Below are positions 43,175-53,531 of a stretch of DNA of 64,000 nucleotides, piece by piece. The notes below the pieces were generated by a model. That model ran no database searches, was not told the origin of the DNA, and was given only the letters and a program-made list of their open reading frames with translations. This stretch comes from Pelagibacteraceae bacterium (GTDB lineage Bacteria; Pseudomonadota; Alphaproteobacteria; Pelagibacterales; Pelagibacteraceae). Position 1 is the stretch's first letter. The number at the start of each line of letters is the position of its first letter. Both the position numbers and the translations under genes were made by a program. The DNA is taken from positions 2,122 through 66,121 of the forward strand of contig JAYPCR010000001.1 in the NCBI GenBank assembly GCA_038124805.1. Reading direction: 5' to 3'.

Positions 43175-43718
43175 TGCTTTATTGGAGGGACATTTTGTTC
43201 TTTCCTCAGGACTTCATTCTTCGAAATATATTCAATGTGCCAAACTTCTAAGTTTTCCAAATCAAGCTGAAGTAATTTGCAAATCTCTTGCAAATAAAAT
43301 TAAAAAAAATTTTACTAAAATAGATTTAATTTTAGCACCAGCCATGGGTGGTGTAATTATTGGCTATGAGATAGGAAAATTATTAAAAAAGGAGACAATT
43401 TTTTGTGAGAGAGTTAATGGGAAATTTACTTTGAGGAGAGGTTTTTCAATAAAAAAAAACGCTAAAGTTCTAATAATTGAAGATGTCATAACTACAGGTA
43501 AATCAAGTTTAGAGTGTGTTAAGCTTATAAAAAAAGCAAAAGCAAAATTAGTTGGATTTGCCTCAATCATTAATAGATCTAATAGAAATACTCTAAAAAT
43601 TAAAAAAAAGATAATTTCTCATTTAAAGATTGATGTACCAACTTATACTTCTAAAAATTTACCACTTGAATTAAAAAATATACCAATAACAACACCAGGA
43701 AGTAGATTCATTAAGTGA
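43131..43718 (+). CDS. pyrE: Orotate phosphoribosyltransferase
   Basis: GHFVLSSGLHS, PAMGG, IIEDVITTGKS PRPP motif, PGSR. Confidence 0.96.
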   Translation: MLSLKKSLNILKKTNALLEGHFVLSSGLHSSKYIQCAKLLSFPNQAEVICKSLANKIKKNFTKIDLILAPAMGGVIIGYEIGKLLKKETIFCERVNGKFTLRRGFSIKKNAKVLIIEDVITTGKSSLECVKLIKKAKAKLVGFASIINRSNRNTLKIKKKIISHLKIDVPTYTSKNLPLELKNIPITTPGSRFIK

Positions 43719-44434
43719 AAAGATTAGGTGTTAACATAGACCATATTGCAACATTAAGAAATGCAAGAGGAGAAAGTCACCCGGATCCTGTATTTGCGGC
43801 AAACCATGTTGTTAGTCAAGGTGCCGACTCTGTTACTATACATCTAAGAGAAGATAGAAGGCATATAAAAGATTTAGATGCAAAAAAAATATGTTCATTA
43901 AAAAATGTATTAGTTAATTTAGAAATATCAGTAAATTCTAAAATAGTTGATTATGCTCTTAAGATACAACCTGATTTTATTTGTATAGTGCCTGAAAAAA
44001 GAAAAGAAGTTACTACAGAAGGAGGTTTAAATTTAGAAAGAAATTTTAAAAAACTTAAAAATATTATCTCTAAATTTAAGAAAAATAAAATCAGAACAAG
44101 TCTATTTATTAATCCAACTACAAAAGATATAAAAGTTTCAAAAAAATTAAATGTCGATTGTGTCGAAATTCATACAGGTAAAATTTCTAATTTAGTCAAA
44201 ACTAGAAAAAATTTTTCTCATGAATTAAACAGAATAAAAGTTTGCGCTAAATTAGCTAAAAATCTTGGAATAGAAGTTCATGCTGGCCATGGACTAGATT
44301 ATAAAACAACTAGAGTTCTTAAAAAGATCAATGAAATTGTTGAATTTAATATCGGTCATTACATCATTGGTGAGTCAGTATTTAGTGGAATTTCTAATGT
44401 AATTAAAAACTTTAAAAAAATTTTAAAATCCTAA
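43715..44434 (+). CDS. pdxJ: Pyridoxine 5'-phosphate synthase (GTG start)
   Basis: LGVNIDHIATLRNAR, HLREDRRHI, TTEGG, HAGHGL. Confidence 0.98.
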   Translation: MKRLGVNIDHIATLRNARGESHPDPVFAANHVVSQGADSVTIHLREDRRHIKDLDAKKICSLKNVLVNLEISVNSKIVDYALKIQPDFICIVPEKRKEVTTEGGLNLERNFKKLKNIISKFKKNKIRTSLFINPTTKDIKVSKKLNVDCVEIHTGKISNLVKTRKNFSHELNRIKVCAKLAKNLGIEVHAGHGLDYKTTRVLKKINEIVEFNIGHYIIGESVFSGISNVIKNFKKILKS

Positions 44435-44820
44435 TGAAAATTTTAGGTATAGGGGTTGATATAATTGATAACAAAAGAATTAGAAAATCTATTACTAATA
44501 AAGCATTTATAAAAAGAATTTTCACTTCTAAAGAAATTTCAAATTCGAGATCACAAAAAAATAAAACTAATTATTTTGCAAAACGTTTTGCAGCAAAAGA
44601 ATCTTTTGTTAAGGCTTTAGGTACAGGCTTTAGAAAAAATCTGAATTTTAAAGACGTAGAAATATTGAATAACAAGTTGGGAAAACCATATTTCTTAAAT
44701 AATAAAAAAATTGACAAAATAATCTTTGATAGATTTAAAGTTAAATCTTCAAATTTCTTTCTTTCAATTTCTGATGAAAAAGATTATTCAATCGCATTCA
44801 CAATTATTCAAAAAAAATGA
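44434..44820 (+). CDS. acpS: Holo-ACP synthase
   Basis: GIGVDII, AKRFAAKESFVKALGTG, GKP, SISDE. Confidence 0.97.
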   Translation: MKILGIGVDIIDNKRIRKSITNKAFIKRIFTSKEISNSRSQKNKTNYFAKRFAAKESFVKALGTGFRKNLNFKDVEILNNKLGKPYFLNNKKIDKIIFDRFKVKSSNFFLSISDEKDYSIAFTIIQKK

Positions 44821-45554
44821 AATTAGATAAAAATTTTTTTTCTGAAAATTTAAAAACTTTATTTTATGCATTGATAATTGCTGTAATAATTAGATCATTA
44901 TTTTTGCAGCCATTTTATATTCCTTCATCTTCAATGGAGCCTACGTTGCTTGTAGGAGATAGGCTATTTGTAACAAAATACTCTTATGGATATAGCAAAC
45001 ATTCGTTTCCTTTTAGTCCACCAATTATAAATGGAAGAATTATTTTTAATGAACCAAAAAGAGGAGATGTGGTTGTATTTAAAACTCCAGCAGACAATAG
45101 GACTGATTATATTAAAAGATTAATAGGGTTACCTGGTGATAAAATTCAATTTATTGATGGAAATTTATATTTAAATAATTCTGAGATTTTGAAATCAAAA
45201 ATTTCATTTGATGATCAAATTTATTGTGGAGATAGAACTATAGATGTAATTGCATTTGAAGAAAGTTTATCAAAAAATAAAAATCATAAATCAGTTTACT
45301 TAAAAGAGTTCTCTTATAAAGACTCTGATATTTTTGAAGTACCGGCAGATCATTATTTTTTCTTAGGAGATAATAGGGATTGCTCAAAAGATAGTCGTTA
45401 TTTAACTAGCGTTGGTTATGTTCATAAAAATAACCTAGTTGGTAAAGCTCAATTCATTTTTTTTTCATCTGATAGAAGAATTGGAAGCATTTTTTCATTC
45501 TGGAAATGGCATAAATCAATTAGATTTGATAGATTTTTTAAAAGTATTAATTAA
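44817..45554 (+). CDS. lepB: Signal peptidase I
   Basis: IPSSSMEPTL, YIKRLIGLPGD, GDNRDCSKDSR. Confidence 0.98.
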   Translation: MKLDKNFFSENLKTLFYALIIAVIIRSLFLQPFYIPSSSMEPTLLVGDRLFVTKYSYGYSKHSFPFSPPIINGRIIFNEPKRGDVVVFKTPADNRTDYIKRLIGLPGDKIQFIDGNLYLNNSEILKSKISFDDQIYCGDRTIDVIAFEESLSKNKNHKSVYLKEFSYKDSDIFEVPADHYFFLGDNRDCSKDSRYLTSVGYVHKNNLVGKAQFIFFSSDRRIGSIFSFWKWHKSIRFDRFFKSIN

Positions 45555-46216
45555 TGAAAATTAATTTAACCAATCTAGAAAAAAAACTCGAAATTAAATT
45601 TAAAAATACTGATCTTCTAATCAAAGCACTAACCCATAAAAGTTTTAATTCTAAGGATAATAATGAAAAGATAGAATTTTTAGGTGATAGAGTTCTTGGA
45701 TTAGTTATAGCAAAAAAACTTTTAGAAATTTATCCTGATGAAAAAGAGGGTATTTTAGATAAAAAATTTGCATCTCTTGTTAATAAAAAAACTTGTTTGG
45801 AAATTGCAAAAAAAATTGAATTAGAGAAATATATTTTAACTTTTAATCCAAAAAATAAAAAAATTAAAATTGAAGATAAGGTAATTTCAGATAGTTGTGA
45901 GGCTTTAATAGGAGCTATTTATTTAGATAAGGGTTTTACTACAGTTGAAAAATTTATTTTGGAATTATGGGAAAACAAAATTAACGAAAGTGTAATAACG
46001 CCAATAGATGCTAAAACTAAACTTCAAGAATTATCATTAAAAAAATTCAAAAAATTACCCATTTATAAATTGATTTCTAATACAGGACCTAGACACAAAC
46101 CTATTTTTAAAATTGCAGTAAAATTAGAAAATACAAAGTTTTTTACCGCTGAGGGAAATTCAAAAAAAAATGCTGAACAAAATGCAGCACAACTTTGCCT
46201 CAATAACATAGAATAA
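45554..46216 (+). CDS. rnc: Ribonuclease III
   Basis: NEKIEFLGD, EALIGAIYLD, dsRBD KTKLQE...KKNAEQ. Confidence 0.97.
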   Translation: MKINLTNLEKKLEIKFKNTDLLIKALTHKSFNSKDNNEKIEFLGDRVLGLVIAKKLLEIYPDEKEGILDKKFASLVNKKTCLEIAKKIELEKYILTFNPKNKKIKIEDKVISDSCEALIGAIYLDKGFTTVEKFILELWENKINESVITPIDAKTKLQELSLKKFKKLPIYKLISNTGPRHKPIFKIAVKLENTKFFTAEGNSKKNAEQNAAQLCLNNIE

Positions 46217-46218
46217 AA

Positions 46219-46899
46219 ATGAATTGGTCAGACTCTGGATATTTAATTTCTAAAAATCGATATAATGAAAATTCAATTATTGCAGAATTCTTTACCAAAG
46301 ATCGAGGAAAAACTTCTGGTATTATTTTTGGTGGTACTTCAAAAAAGATTAAAAATTATCTTCAAATTGGTAATAAATTGCACATAAATTATAATTCCAA
46401 AAATCAAAATAAAACTGGTTATTTTAAAGTTGAAATTTTAGATGCTTGTACACCGAAATACTTCGATAATAATAAAAAATTATCCTGTATTTCCTCGGCA
46501 ATGAATTTAATCAAAATTTTAACAGCCGAAGCCCAAGCTAATTTGGATGTTTATAATTTATTAGAAAAATTTTTTATAATTTTATCCAATGATAATTGGA
46601 TACAGGAATATATTTTTTGGGAATTAAATATACTTAGTTATTTAGGTTATGATTTAGAAATTGAAAATTTAGTAGAAAAAAATATTGTTAATAATGAAGT
46701 TAAGTATTATGCAAAATCATCAATAGAAAAAAAGATTGTTCCTAATTTTTTAATTGATAAAAACATTAAAGTTTTTGACAATGACACATTATTAAAAGGT
46801 TTAAAGTTAGTGGGTGATTATCTTGAAAAAACTGTTTTAAAACCTAATAATCTAAACAGTCCAATAAATCGAATGTATTTTATTAGCACCTTAAAATAA
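46219..46899 (+). CDS. recO: DNA repair protein RecO
   Basis: MNWSDSG...YNENSII N-terminal OB fold, WELNIL..LGYDL; syntenic after rnc. Confidence 0.85.
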   Translation: MNWSDSGYLISKNRYNENSIIAEFFTKDRGKTSGIIFGGTSKKIKNYLQIGNKLHINYNSKNQNKTGYFKVEILDACTPKYFDNNKKLSCISSAMNLIKILTAEAQANLDVYNLLEKFFIILSNDNWIQEYIFWELNILSYLGYDLEIENLVEKNIVNNEVKYYAKSSIEKKIVPNFLIDKNIKVFDNDTLLKGLKLVGDYLEKTVLKPNNLNSPINRMYFISTLK

Positions 46900-47889
46900 T
46901 TACTTAATAATTTTATCTAATCGATCTGCGTAATAACTTACTATAGCGTTTGCTCCCGCTCTTTTAAATGCCACTAGACTTTCGAATACTGCATCTTTAT
47001 TTATTATTTTTTTTTTAACTGCATTTGATAACAAACTATATTCTCCTGAAACCTGATAAGCAAAAACTGGTATTTTAAATTTTTCTTTTATTGTTTTTAT
47101 GATATCGAGATAAGGCATTCCTGGCTTAACCATTACCATATCCGCACCTTCTTTTATATCTAAAGCTATCTCTCTAATTGCTTCATCACTATTTCTAAAA
47201 TCCATCTGATAAGTTTTTTTATCACCTTTTAATGAACCTTTAGATCCCACGGCATCTCTAAAAGGTCCATAAAAACTTGATGCATATTTTGCTGCATATG
47301 AAAGTATTTGAACATTTTTATAATTATTTTTATCCAAAGCTTTTCTTATTTTTCCAATTCTACCATCCATCATGTCTGATGGCGCCAGTACATCACATCC
47401 CATTTCTGCTTGCAAAAGTGATTGTTTAATTAAAACATCAATAGTTTCATCATTAATAATTTCATTATTTTTAATCAAACCATCATGACCATGAGAAGTG
47501 TATGGATCTAAAGCAACATCACACATTATACCAATCTCACTTTTGTATTTTTTTTTAATTTCTAAAATTGCTTTGCATACTAGGTTTTTACTACTTAGAG
47601 CCTCATCACCATTTACATTTTTATTTGAGTTTTTTGTTTTAGGAAATAGAGCTACCATTGGAATTCCTAAATTAAGAGCTTTATCTACAATTTGGCTTAA
47701 TCGATTAATAGTATATCTATAAACATCGGGCATACTTTTAATTGTCTCTTTCTTGTTTTTGCCATCAATTAAAAACACCGGAAGAATGAAATCATTAGGG
47801 CTTAGTGTATTTTCCTGTACTAATCTTCTAGCCCAATCTGCTTTACGATTTCGTCTTAATCTTAGGCTAGGATATTTTCCTGTAATCAT
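46900..47889 (-). CDS. hemB: Porphobilinogen synthase
   Basis: DVALDPYTSHGHDG (Asp-type, no Zn cysteines), APSDMMDGR, SSFYGPFRDA, MVKPG. Confidence 0.98.
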   Translation of the reverse strand: MITGKYPSLRLRRNRKADWARRLVQENTLSPNDFILPVFLIDGKNKKETIKSMPDVYRYTINRLSQIVDKALNLGIPMVALFPKTKNSNKNVNGDEALSSKNLVCKAILEIKKKYKSEIGIMCDVALDPYTSHGHDGLIKNNEIINDETIDVLIKQSLLQAEMGCDVLAPSDMMDGRIGKIRKALDKNNYKNVQILSYAAKYASSFYGPFRDAVGSKGSLKGDKKTYQMDFRNSDEAIREIALDIKEGADMVMVKPGMPYLDIIKTIKEKFKIPVFAYQVSGEYSLLSNAVKKKIINKDAVFESLVAFKRAGANAIVSYYADRLDKIIK

Positions 47890-47962
47890 TATTAAAGTTA
47901 TTTGTAAATTGCGACAAAAGTATTATACAATTAATATTCAAAAAGAGTATTAGAAAATATTT

Positions 47963-48553
47963 ATGTCTTTAAATTTTAATGATTTTTACAAAACTGAGTT
48001 TCAGTTTGATATCGACAGACTAAAAGAAGCTTACAATGAGGTCATAAAAATAAAAAAATTTGAAACCATCAATGATGTTACTAATTTTGGTGCAATTTCT
48101 TTAACTCAAATTCCAGGTGATCCAGACTCTATTAAGGGAAATAAAGCTAGAGGTGTTTTTTGGACGAAACCTGACTCTTCTGGAAAAGAAGTTGTTAGAG
48201 ATGTGACAGTTGAAGAAGAAAAATATTCTGAGTTTATAGAAGAATATAAGAATACATATTTTAAAGAAGTTTATGAAAAATTATCTTCTAAGTATAAGCT
48301 AGGTAGAGTTAGAATTTTATTGAAAGAACCAAGATCAACTTTGAGTTGGCATAGAGATCCAGAACCAAGAATTCATATTCCAATTATAACAAATCCTGGT
48401 TGCATAATGGTTATTGATAATGTTGCAAAACATATGCCTGCTGATGGTTCAGTTTGGATTACTAACAATACAAAATATCATAATTTCTTTAATGGTGGTG
48501 AAGAAAATAGAATTCATATTGTTGCTTGTGTTTTAAATCATAAATTTAATTAA
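47963..48553 (+). CDS. Aspartyl/asparaginyl beta-hydroxylase-like 2OG-Fe(II) oxygenase
   Basis: LSWHRD...RIHIPIITN...NNTKYH..FNGG..NRIHIV: HxD...H triad and distal Arg of a jelly-roll fold. Confidence 0.75.
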   Translation: MSLNFNDFYKTEFQFDIDRLKEAYNEVIKIKKFETINDVTNFGAISLTQIPGDPDSIKGNKARGVFWTKPDSSGKEVVRDVTVEEEKYSEFIEEYKNTYFKEVYEKLSSKYKLGRVRILLKEPRSTLSWHRDPEPRIHIPIITNPGCIMVIDNVAKHMPADGSVWITNNTKYHNFFNGGEENRIHIVACVLNHKFN

Positions 48554-48554
48554 T

Positions 48555-48980
48555 TTGAAAAAAATTTTTATTGCATCTGATCACGCAGGATATTCTTTAA
48601 AAGAAGCTATAAAAAAAAAATTTAACAAAAAATTTAAATTCGAAGATCTTGGCACTAATTCTCAAGATGTTTCAGTAAATTATCCAGATTATGCTCACAA
48701 TCTATGTAAAAAAGTAGCAATTAAAAAAAATAATATTGGTATTTTAGTTTGTGGCTCAGGTATGGGAATGTCAATGGCTGCTAATAGACACAAAAAGATC
48801 AGAGCTGCGGTTTGCTATTCAGTTAAAAATACTCAATTATCAAGATTGCATAACAACGCAAATGTTATTACATTGGGCTCGAGACTAATTAGTAAAAATA
48901 CCGCTTTTAAATGTATTGAAGTTTTTGTTAATACTAAATTTGAAGGTGGAAGGCATTTACAAAGAGTTAAAAAAATATAA
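48555..48980 (+). CDS. rpiB: Ribose-5-phosphate isomerase B (TTG start)
   Basis: IASDHAG, YPDYA, CGSGMG, HNNANV, FEGGRH. Confidence 0.96.
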   Translation: MKKIFIASDHAGYSLKEAIKKKFNKKFKFEDLGTNSQDVSVNYPDYAHNLCKKVAIKKNNIGILVCGSGMGMSMAANRHKKIRAAVCYSVKNTQLSRLHNNANVITLGSRLISKNTAFKCIEVFVNTKFEGGRHLQRVKKI

Positions 48981-48989
48981 AAATTAATT

Positions 48990-50303
48990 ATGTCAAAAGA
49001 AACTAACTATTTAAATTCGAACTACAAAGATTTTTTTGAAAAAAGTTTATCTGAGTCAGATCCTGAATTGTTTAAAGCTATTAAAGATGAGCTTGTTAGA
49101 CAACAAAATCACATTGAATTAATTGCTTCAGAAAACATTGTTTCTAAAGCTGTTTTGGAAGCCCAGGGATCAGTTCTTACAAATAAGTATGCAGAAGGGT
49201 ACTCTGGCAAAAGGTATTATAATGGTTGTGAACATGTTGATGTAGCTGAAAATTTAGCAATAGAAAGACTTAAAAAGTTATTTAATTGCAAGTATGCAAA
49301 TGTACAACCTCACTCAGGAGCTCAAGCAAATGGAGCAGTTTTTTTAGCATTATTAAATCCAGGTGATACATTTTTAGGAATGAGTTTAAATTCCGGTGGT
49401 CATATTACTCATGGGTTGAAAATTTCAATGTCTGGTAAATGGTTTAATGCAATTGGTTATGATGTAGATAAAACATCTGAATTAATTGATTATGATAGTG
49501 TTGAAAAATTAGCTCTTGAGCATAATCCAAAACTTATTATTGCTGGAAGTAGTGCTTATTCAAGAATAATTGATTTTAAAAGATTTAGAGAAATTGCAGA
49601 TAAAGTAGGAGCTTATCTGATGGTTGATATGGCACATTTCTCTGGCTTAGTAGCTGGTAAGGGTTATCCAAATCCTTGTGATTATGCTCACGTTGTCACT
49701 TCAACAACTCATAAAGTTTTCAGAAGTGCTAGAGGCGGAATAATTTTAACTAATGATGAAAATTTATCAAAAAAGATTAATACAGCAGTATTTCCTGGTT
49801 ATCAGGGAGGACCTTTAATGCACATAGTTGCTGCTAAAGCAGCTGGTTTTTATGAAGCCCTAAAACCTGAATTTGTCGAGTATATAAAGTCTGTTAAAGC
49901 TAATGCTAAGATCTTAGCTGAAACTTTAAAAAATAATGGATTTAAAATCTATTCTGGAGGTACAGATACTCATTTGATGTTAGTTGATTTAAGGCCATTT
50001 GGAGTTAAAGGAAATTTAGCTGCAGAAAGCTTAAGTAGAGCTAACATAACTTGCAATAAAAACGGAATACCTTTTGACACTGAAAGTCCAATGATAACGT
50101 CAGGTATTAGACTAGGTTCTCAAGCAGCTACTACTAGAGGTTTTGGTTTAAAAGAATTTGAGACTGTTGGAAAATTAATAACAAAAACAATCGAAGGATT
50201 ATCAAAAAATCCTGAAGATAACAGCGTTATAGAAAAAGAAGTTAGAGATGAAGTAGTTTCACTATGTTCTTCTTTTCCGATATACAAAAATTTAACTATA
50301 TGA
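48990..50303 (+). CDS. glyA: Serine hydroxymethyltransferase
   Basis: LIASEN, NKYAEGY, VQPHSG, DMAH, TTHK PLP lysine, QGGP. Confidence 0.98.
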   Translation: MSKETNYLNSNYKDFFEKSLSESDPELFKAIKDELVRQQNHIELIASENIVSKAVLEAQGSVLTNKYAEGYSGKRYYNGCEHVDVAENLAIERLKKLFNCKYANVQPHSGAQANGAVFLALLNPGDTFLGMSLNSGGHITHGLKISMSGKWFNAIGYDVDKTSELIDYDSVEKLALEHNPKLIIAGSSAYSRIIDFKRFREIADKVGAYLMVDMAHFSGLVAGKGYPNPCDYAHVVTSTTHKVFRSARGGIILTNDENLSKKINTAVFPGYQGGPLMHIVAAKAAGFYEALKPEFVEYIKSVKANAKILAETLKNNGFKIYSGGTDTHLMLVDLRPFGVKGNLAAESLSRANITCNKNGIPFDTESPMITSGIRLGSQAATTRGFGLKEFETVGKLITKTIEGLSKNPEDNSVIEKEVRDEVVSLCSSFPIYKNLTI

Positions 50304-50758
50304 TTTGCTCAATTTGTAAAAAAGGCGAAACATCAGTTGTAGACTCTCGTCCTACTGAAGATGGTACCGCGATAAGAAGAAGAAGATTATGTGTATGTGG
50401 TGCACGATTTACTACTTTTGAAAGAGTTCAATACAGAGAATTAATGGTAGTTAAAAAGAATGGAAGAAAATCTGCATTTGATAGAGATAAATTAGCTAAG
50501 TCTGTTTTTATTGCTCTTAAAAAGAGGCCTATTGATACAGAAACAACTGAAAAATTTGTAAGTAAAATTTCAAGATCATTAGAAGAATTAGGTCAAAGCG
50601 AAATATCAACTAATACTATTGGTACGATGGTTATGGAGGGACTTAAAGAATTAGACCCAGTCGCATACGTAAGATTTGCATCAGTATATAGAAACTTTAG
50701 AGAAGAAAAAGATTTCGTTCAATTTGTGGACAAATTAGATGTCTACAAAAAAAGATAA
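50300..50758 (+). CDS. nrdR: Transcriptional repressor NrdR (start taken at ATG 50300, ATGA overlap)
   Basis: CxxC...VVDSR...IRRRR.C, RFTTFE, ATP cone, [10 protein letters not shown]. Confidence 0.97.
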   Translation: MICSICKKGETSVVDSRPTEDGTAIRRRRLCVCGARFTTFERVQYRELMVVKKNGRKSAFDRDKLAKSVFIALKKRPIDTETTEKFVSKISRSLEELGQSEISTNTIGTMVMEGLKELDPVAYVRFASVYRNFREEKDFVQFVDKLDVYKKR

Positions 50759-51848
50759 TATTCAAAATTTAGATCATTTTTATATGGGTTTAGCTTTAGA
50801 TTTAGCTAAATCAAAACATGGGTTAACTGGTGTAAATCCAGCTGTTGGTTGTGTTTTAGTAAAAGATAATAAAATTATTTCGATCGGCTCTACTGGATAT
50901 GGTGGGAGGCCCCATGCAGAAAGAAATGCAATTAATTTTGCTACAGAAAATGTTCAAGGTTCAACAATGTTTGTTACCTTAATACCATGTTGTCATTATG
51001 GAAAAACACCACCGTGTACTAATTTAATAATAAAAAAAAAAATTAAAAAAGTAGTTTTTGGAATTGATGATGTTGATCAAAAAGTTAAATCTAAAAGTTT
51101 AAAAATTTTAAAAGATAATAAAATAATTGTTAAAAAAAATGATCTTAATAATCAAATAAATAATTTTTATATTCCTTATAAATATAATAGATTAAAAAAA
51201 CTACCATATGTAACTGGTAAAATTGCAGTTTCTAAAAATAATATTTTTTACAATCCTTATTTAAAAAAAATTAGCAGCAAACAAAGTGATAAATTTACTC
51301 ATTATCTGAGGTATAAAAATGATGGTATTTTAATTTCTTCCAAAACATTAAATAATGATAATCCAAAATTAAATTGTAGATTAAAAGGATTAGAAAAATT
51401 CTCACCAATAAGAGTTATTCTAGATAGAAATTTAAGTATTAATAAAAAGTCTTACATTTTTAAATCAAGTAATTCTAAAAATACAATCTTATTTTATAAT
51501 TCTGACAAAGATAAGAATCTGGCTATTTTAAAAAAAAAGCGTTTTAGAATTTTTAAAACCAAATTAGATAATAATAATCTTCTTGATTTAAGATTAATAT
51601 TAAAGAAACTTTACACTTTAGGTCTAAGAAATATTTTAGTTGAAACTGGTAATAGTCTTAGTAAATCATTTATTAAAGATAAATTATTTAATAATTTTTA
51701 TTTGTTGAAAAGTCCAAATAATATCCCTTTATCAGAAGATTCTAAAATATTTAAAAACTATGCTTATCTAAAAAAAAAATATAAATATAAACATAAAGTT
51801 TCCAGTAAAGGTAACAAAGATCAAATTATGTTATTTAAAAGTAGTTAA
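50739..51848 (+). CDS. ribD: Riboflavin biosynthesis deaminase/reductase RibD
   Basis: [29 protein letters not shown]. Confidence 0.93.
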   Translation: MSTKKDNIQNLDHFYMGLALDLAKSKHGLTGVNPAVGCVLVKDNKIISIGSTGYGGRPHAERNAINFATENVQGSTMFVTLIPCCHYGKTPPCTNLIIKKKIKKVVFGIDDVDQKVKSKSLKILKDNKIIVKKNDLNNQINNFYIPYKYNRLKKLPYVTGKIAVSKNNIFYNPYLKKISSKQSDKFTHYLRYKNDGILISSKTLNNDNPKLNCRLKGLEKFSPIRVILDRNLSINKKSYIFKSSNSKNTILFYNSDKDKNLAILKKKRFRIFKTKLDNNNLLDLRLILKKLYTLGLRNILVETGNSLSKSFIKDKLFNNFYLLKSPNNIPLSEDSKIFKNYAYLKKKYKYKHKVSSKGNKDQIMLFKSS

Positions 51849-51850
51849 TT

Positions 51851-52444
51851 ATGTTTAATGGAATAATTTATAATAAAGGTATTGTTGAGAAAATTATTAA
51901 AAGGCCCAAAGGTATTAATTTATTCATTAAATCTTCTTTAAAAATAAATGCAAAGAATTTAGGTATTTCTGTTGCTTGTGATGGTGTCTGTTTAACATTA
52001 ATTTCTTATAAAAACAAAATTTCAGAATTTTATTTATCTAACGAAACACTTTTGCGATCAAAATTTAATGATATTAAAATTGGAAATATTCTAAATTTAG
52101 AACTACCACTAATTTTTGGACAAAAAATTTCAGGACATATTTGTCAGGGACATGTCGATACAGTCGCTAAAGTTTTAATAATAAAAAAAATTGATAAATC
52201 TTATCTATTTAGATTTAGTATTGATCCTCAAACCTCAAAACAACTTATTGAAAAAGCTTCGATATGTATAAATGGGATTTCTTTAACTATATCAAAAAAA
52301 ACAAAAAAATTTTTTGAAATTTGGGTCATTCCACATACATTTAAAGTAACTAATCTATCCAATTTAAAAAAAAATGATCTGGTCAATTTAGAGATAGATA
52401 TATTATCTAAATATGTCAGAAATTACTTTAATGACAAAAAATAA
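51851..52444 (+). CDS. ribE: Riboflavin synthase alpha chain
   Basis: MFNGII, DGVCLT, GHICQGHVD, NGISLT, VNLEID. Confidence 0.96.
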   Translation: MFNGIIYNKGIVEKIIKRPKGINLFIKSSLKINAKNLGISVACDGVCLTLISYKNKISEFYLSNETLLRSKFNDIKIGNILNLELPLIFGQKISGHICQGHVDTVAKVLIIKKIDKSYLFRFSIDPQTSKQLIEKASICINGISLTISKKTKKFFEIWVIPHTFKVTNLSNLKKNDLVNLEIDILSKYVRNYFNDKK

Positions 52445-53531
52445 ATTTTCTTCAATAGAGTCCATAATTGCTTCTGCCAAAAAAGGTAAGATGTTCATTT
52501 TAGTTGATGATGAAAAAAGAGAAAATGAGGGTGATTTGGTTATTTCTTCTTCTTTTGCAAATACTAAAAATATTAATTTTATGGCAAAATATGGAAGGGG
52601 ACTGATTTGTTTAGCTATGGATAGCATTCAGGCAAAAAAGTTAAATCTTAGCCTAATGTCTCCAGTTAATGAATCTAGGAATAAAACTGCTTTTACAGTT
52701 TCTATTGAAGCAAGAAAGGGAATTACCACAGGAATATCAGCTAGAGATAGAGCCAAAACAATTAAGATTGCTTCAAAATTTAATGCTAATAAATCAGAAA
52801 TAGTTTCACCAGGACACGTATTCCCAATTATAGCAAAAGATGGTGGAGTTTTAGTAAGAGCAGGTCACACAGAAGCTTCAGTTGACATTTCAAAGTTAGC
52901 AAAAAAAAATAATTCAGCTGTAATTTGTGAGATCATGAATGATGATGGAACAATGTCTAAGGGCCAAGAATTACACGATTTTGCAAAAAAACATAAGTTG
53001 AAAATTGGAAAAATTGAAGATTTAATTTCTTATCGACTTAAAAAAGAAAAATTAATTCGCTTAAAAAAACAATCCACCATAATTTTTAATAATTACAAAT
53101 ATAAAATAAGAATTTATGAAAATAAAATTGATGGATCAGAGCATTTTGCTTTGATTAAAGGGAATATTTCAAAAAAAATTACTCCTAGAGTTAGAGTCAT
53201 ATCATCTAATGTTGTGCAAAATTATTTGATAGATCAAAAATTACCGAATTCTTTTAATAAAACTCTCAAATATTTTAAAAAATTTAGTCATTGTGTTTTA
53301 GTTTTTATCAAAGACACAAATCTTAAGTCTGTATCTCAAACTTTAAAAGATTATGAAAATAAAAGTTTTTATAAAAAAGGTAATGATAAACTTATTAGGA
53401 ATTATGGTATTGGAGCACAAATAATAAAAGATTTAAAAATTAAAAATATGATATTAATAACAAAATCACCTAAGAAAGTTGTAGGTTTAGATGGATATGA
53501 TATCAAGATAACTAAACAAGAATTAATTTGA
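52431..53531 (+). CDS. ribB: 3,4-dihydroxy-2-butanone 4-phosphate synthase fused to a degenerate GTP cyclohydrolase II-like domain (RibBX-like)
   Basis: DDEKRENEGD, TAFTVS, PGHVFP, RAGHTEA, CEIMN; the C-domain keeps RNYGIGAQI but lacks the Zn cysteines. Confidence 0.92.
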   Translation: MTKNKFSSIESIIASAKKGKMFILVDDEKRENEGDLVISSSFANTKNINFMAKYGRGLICLAMDSIQAKKLNLSLMSPVNESRNKTAFTVSIEARKGITTGISARDRAKTIKIASKFNANKSEIVSPGHVFPIIAKDGGVLVRAGHTEASVDISKLAKKNNSAVICEIMNDDGTMSKGQELHDFAKKHKLKIGKIEDLISYRLKKEKLIRLKKQSTIIFNNYKYKIRIYENKIDGSEHFALIKGNISKKITPRVRVISSNVVQNYLIDQKLPNSFNKTLKYFKKFSHCVLVFIKDTNLKSVSQTLKDYENKSFYKKGNDKLIRNYGIGAQIIKDLKIKNMILITKSPKKVVGLDGYDIKITKQELI

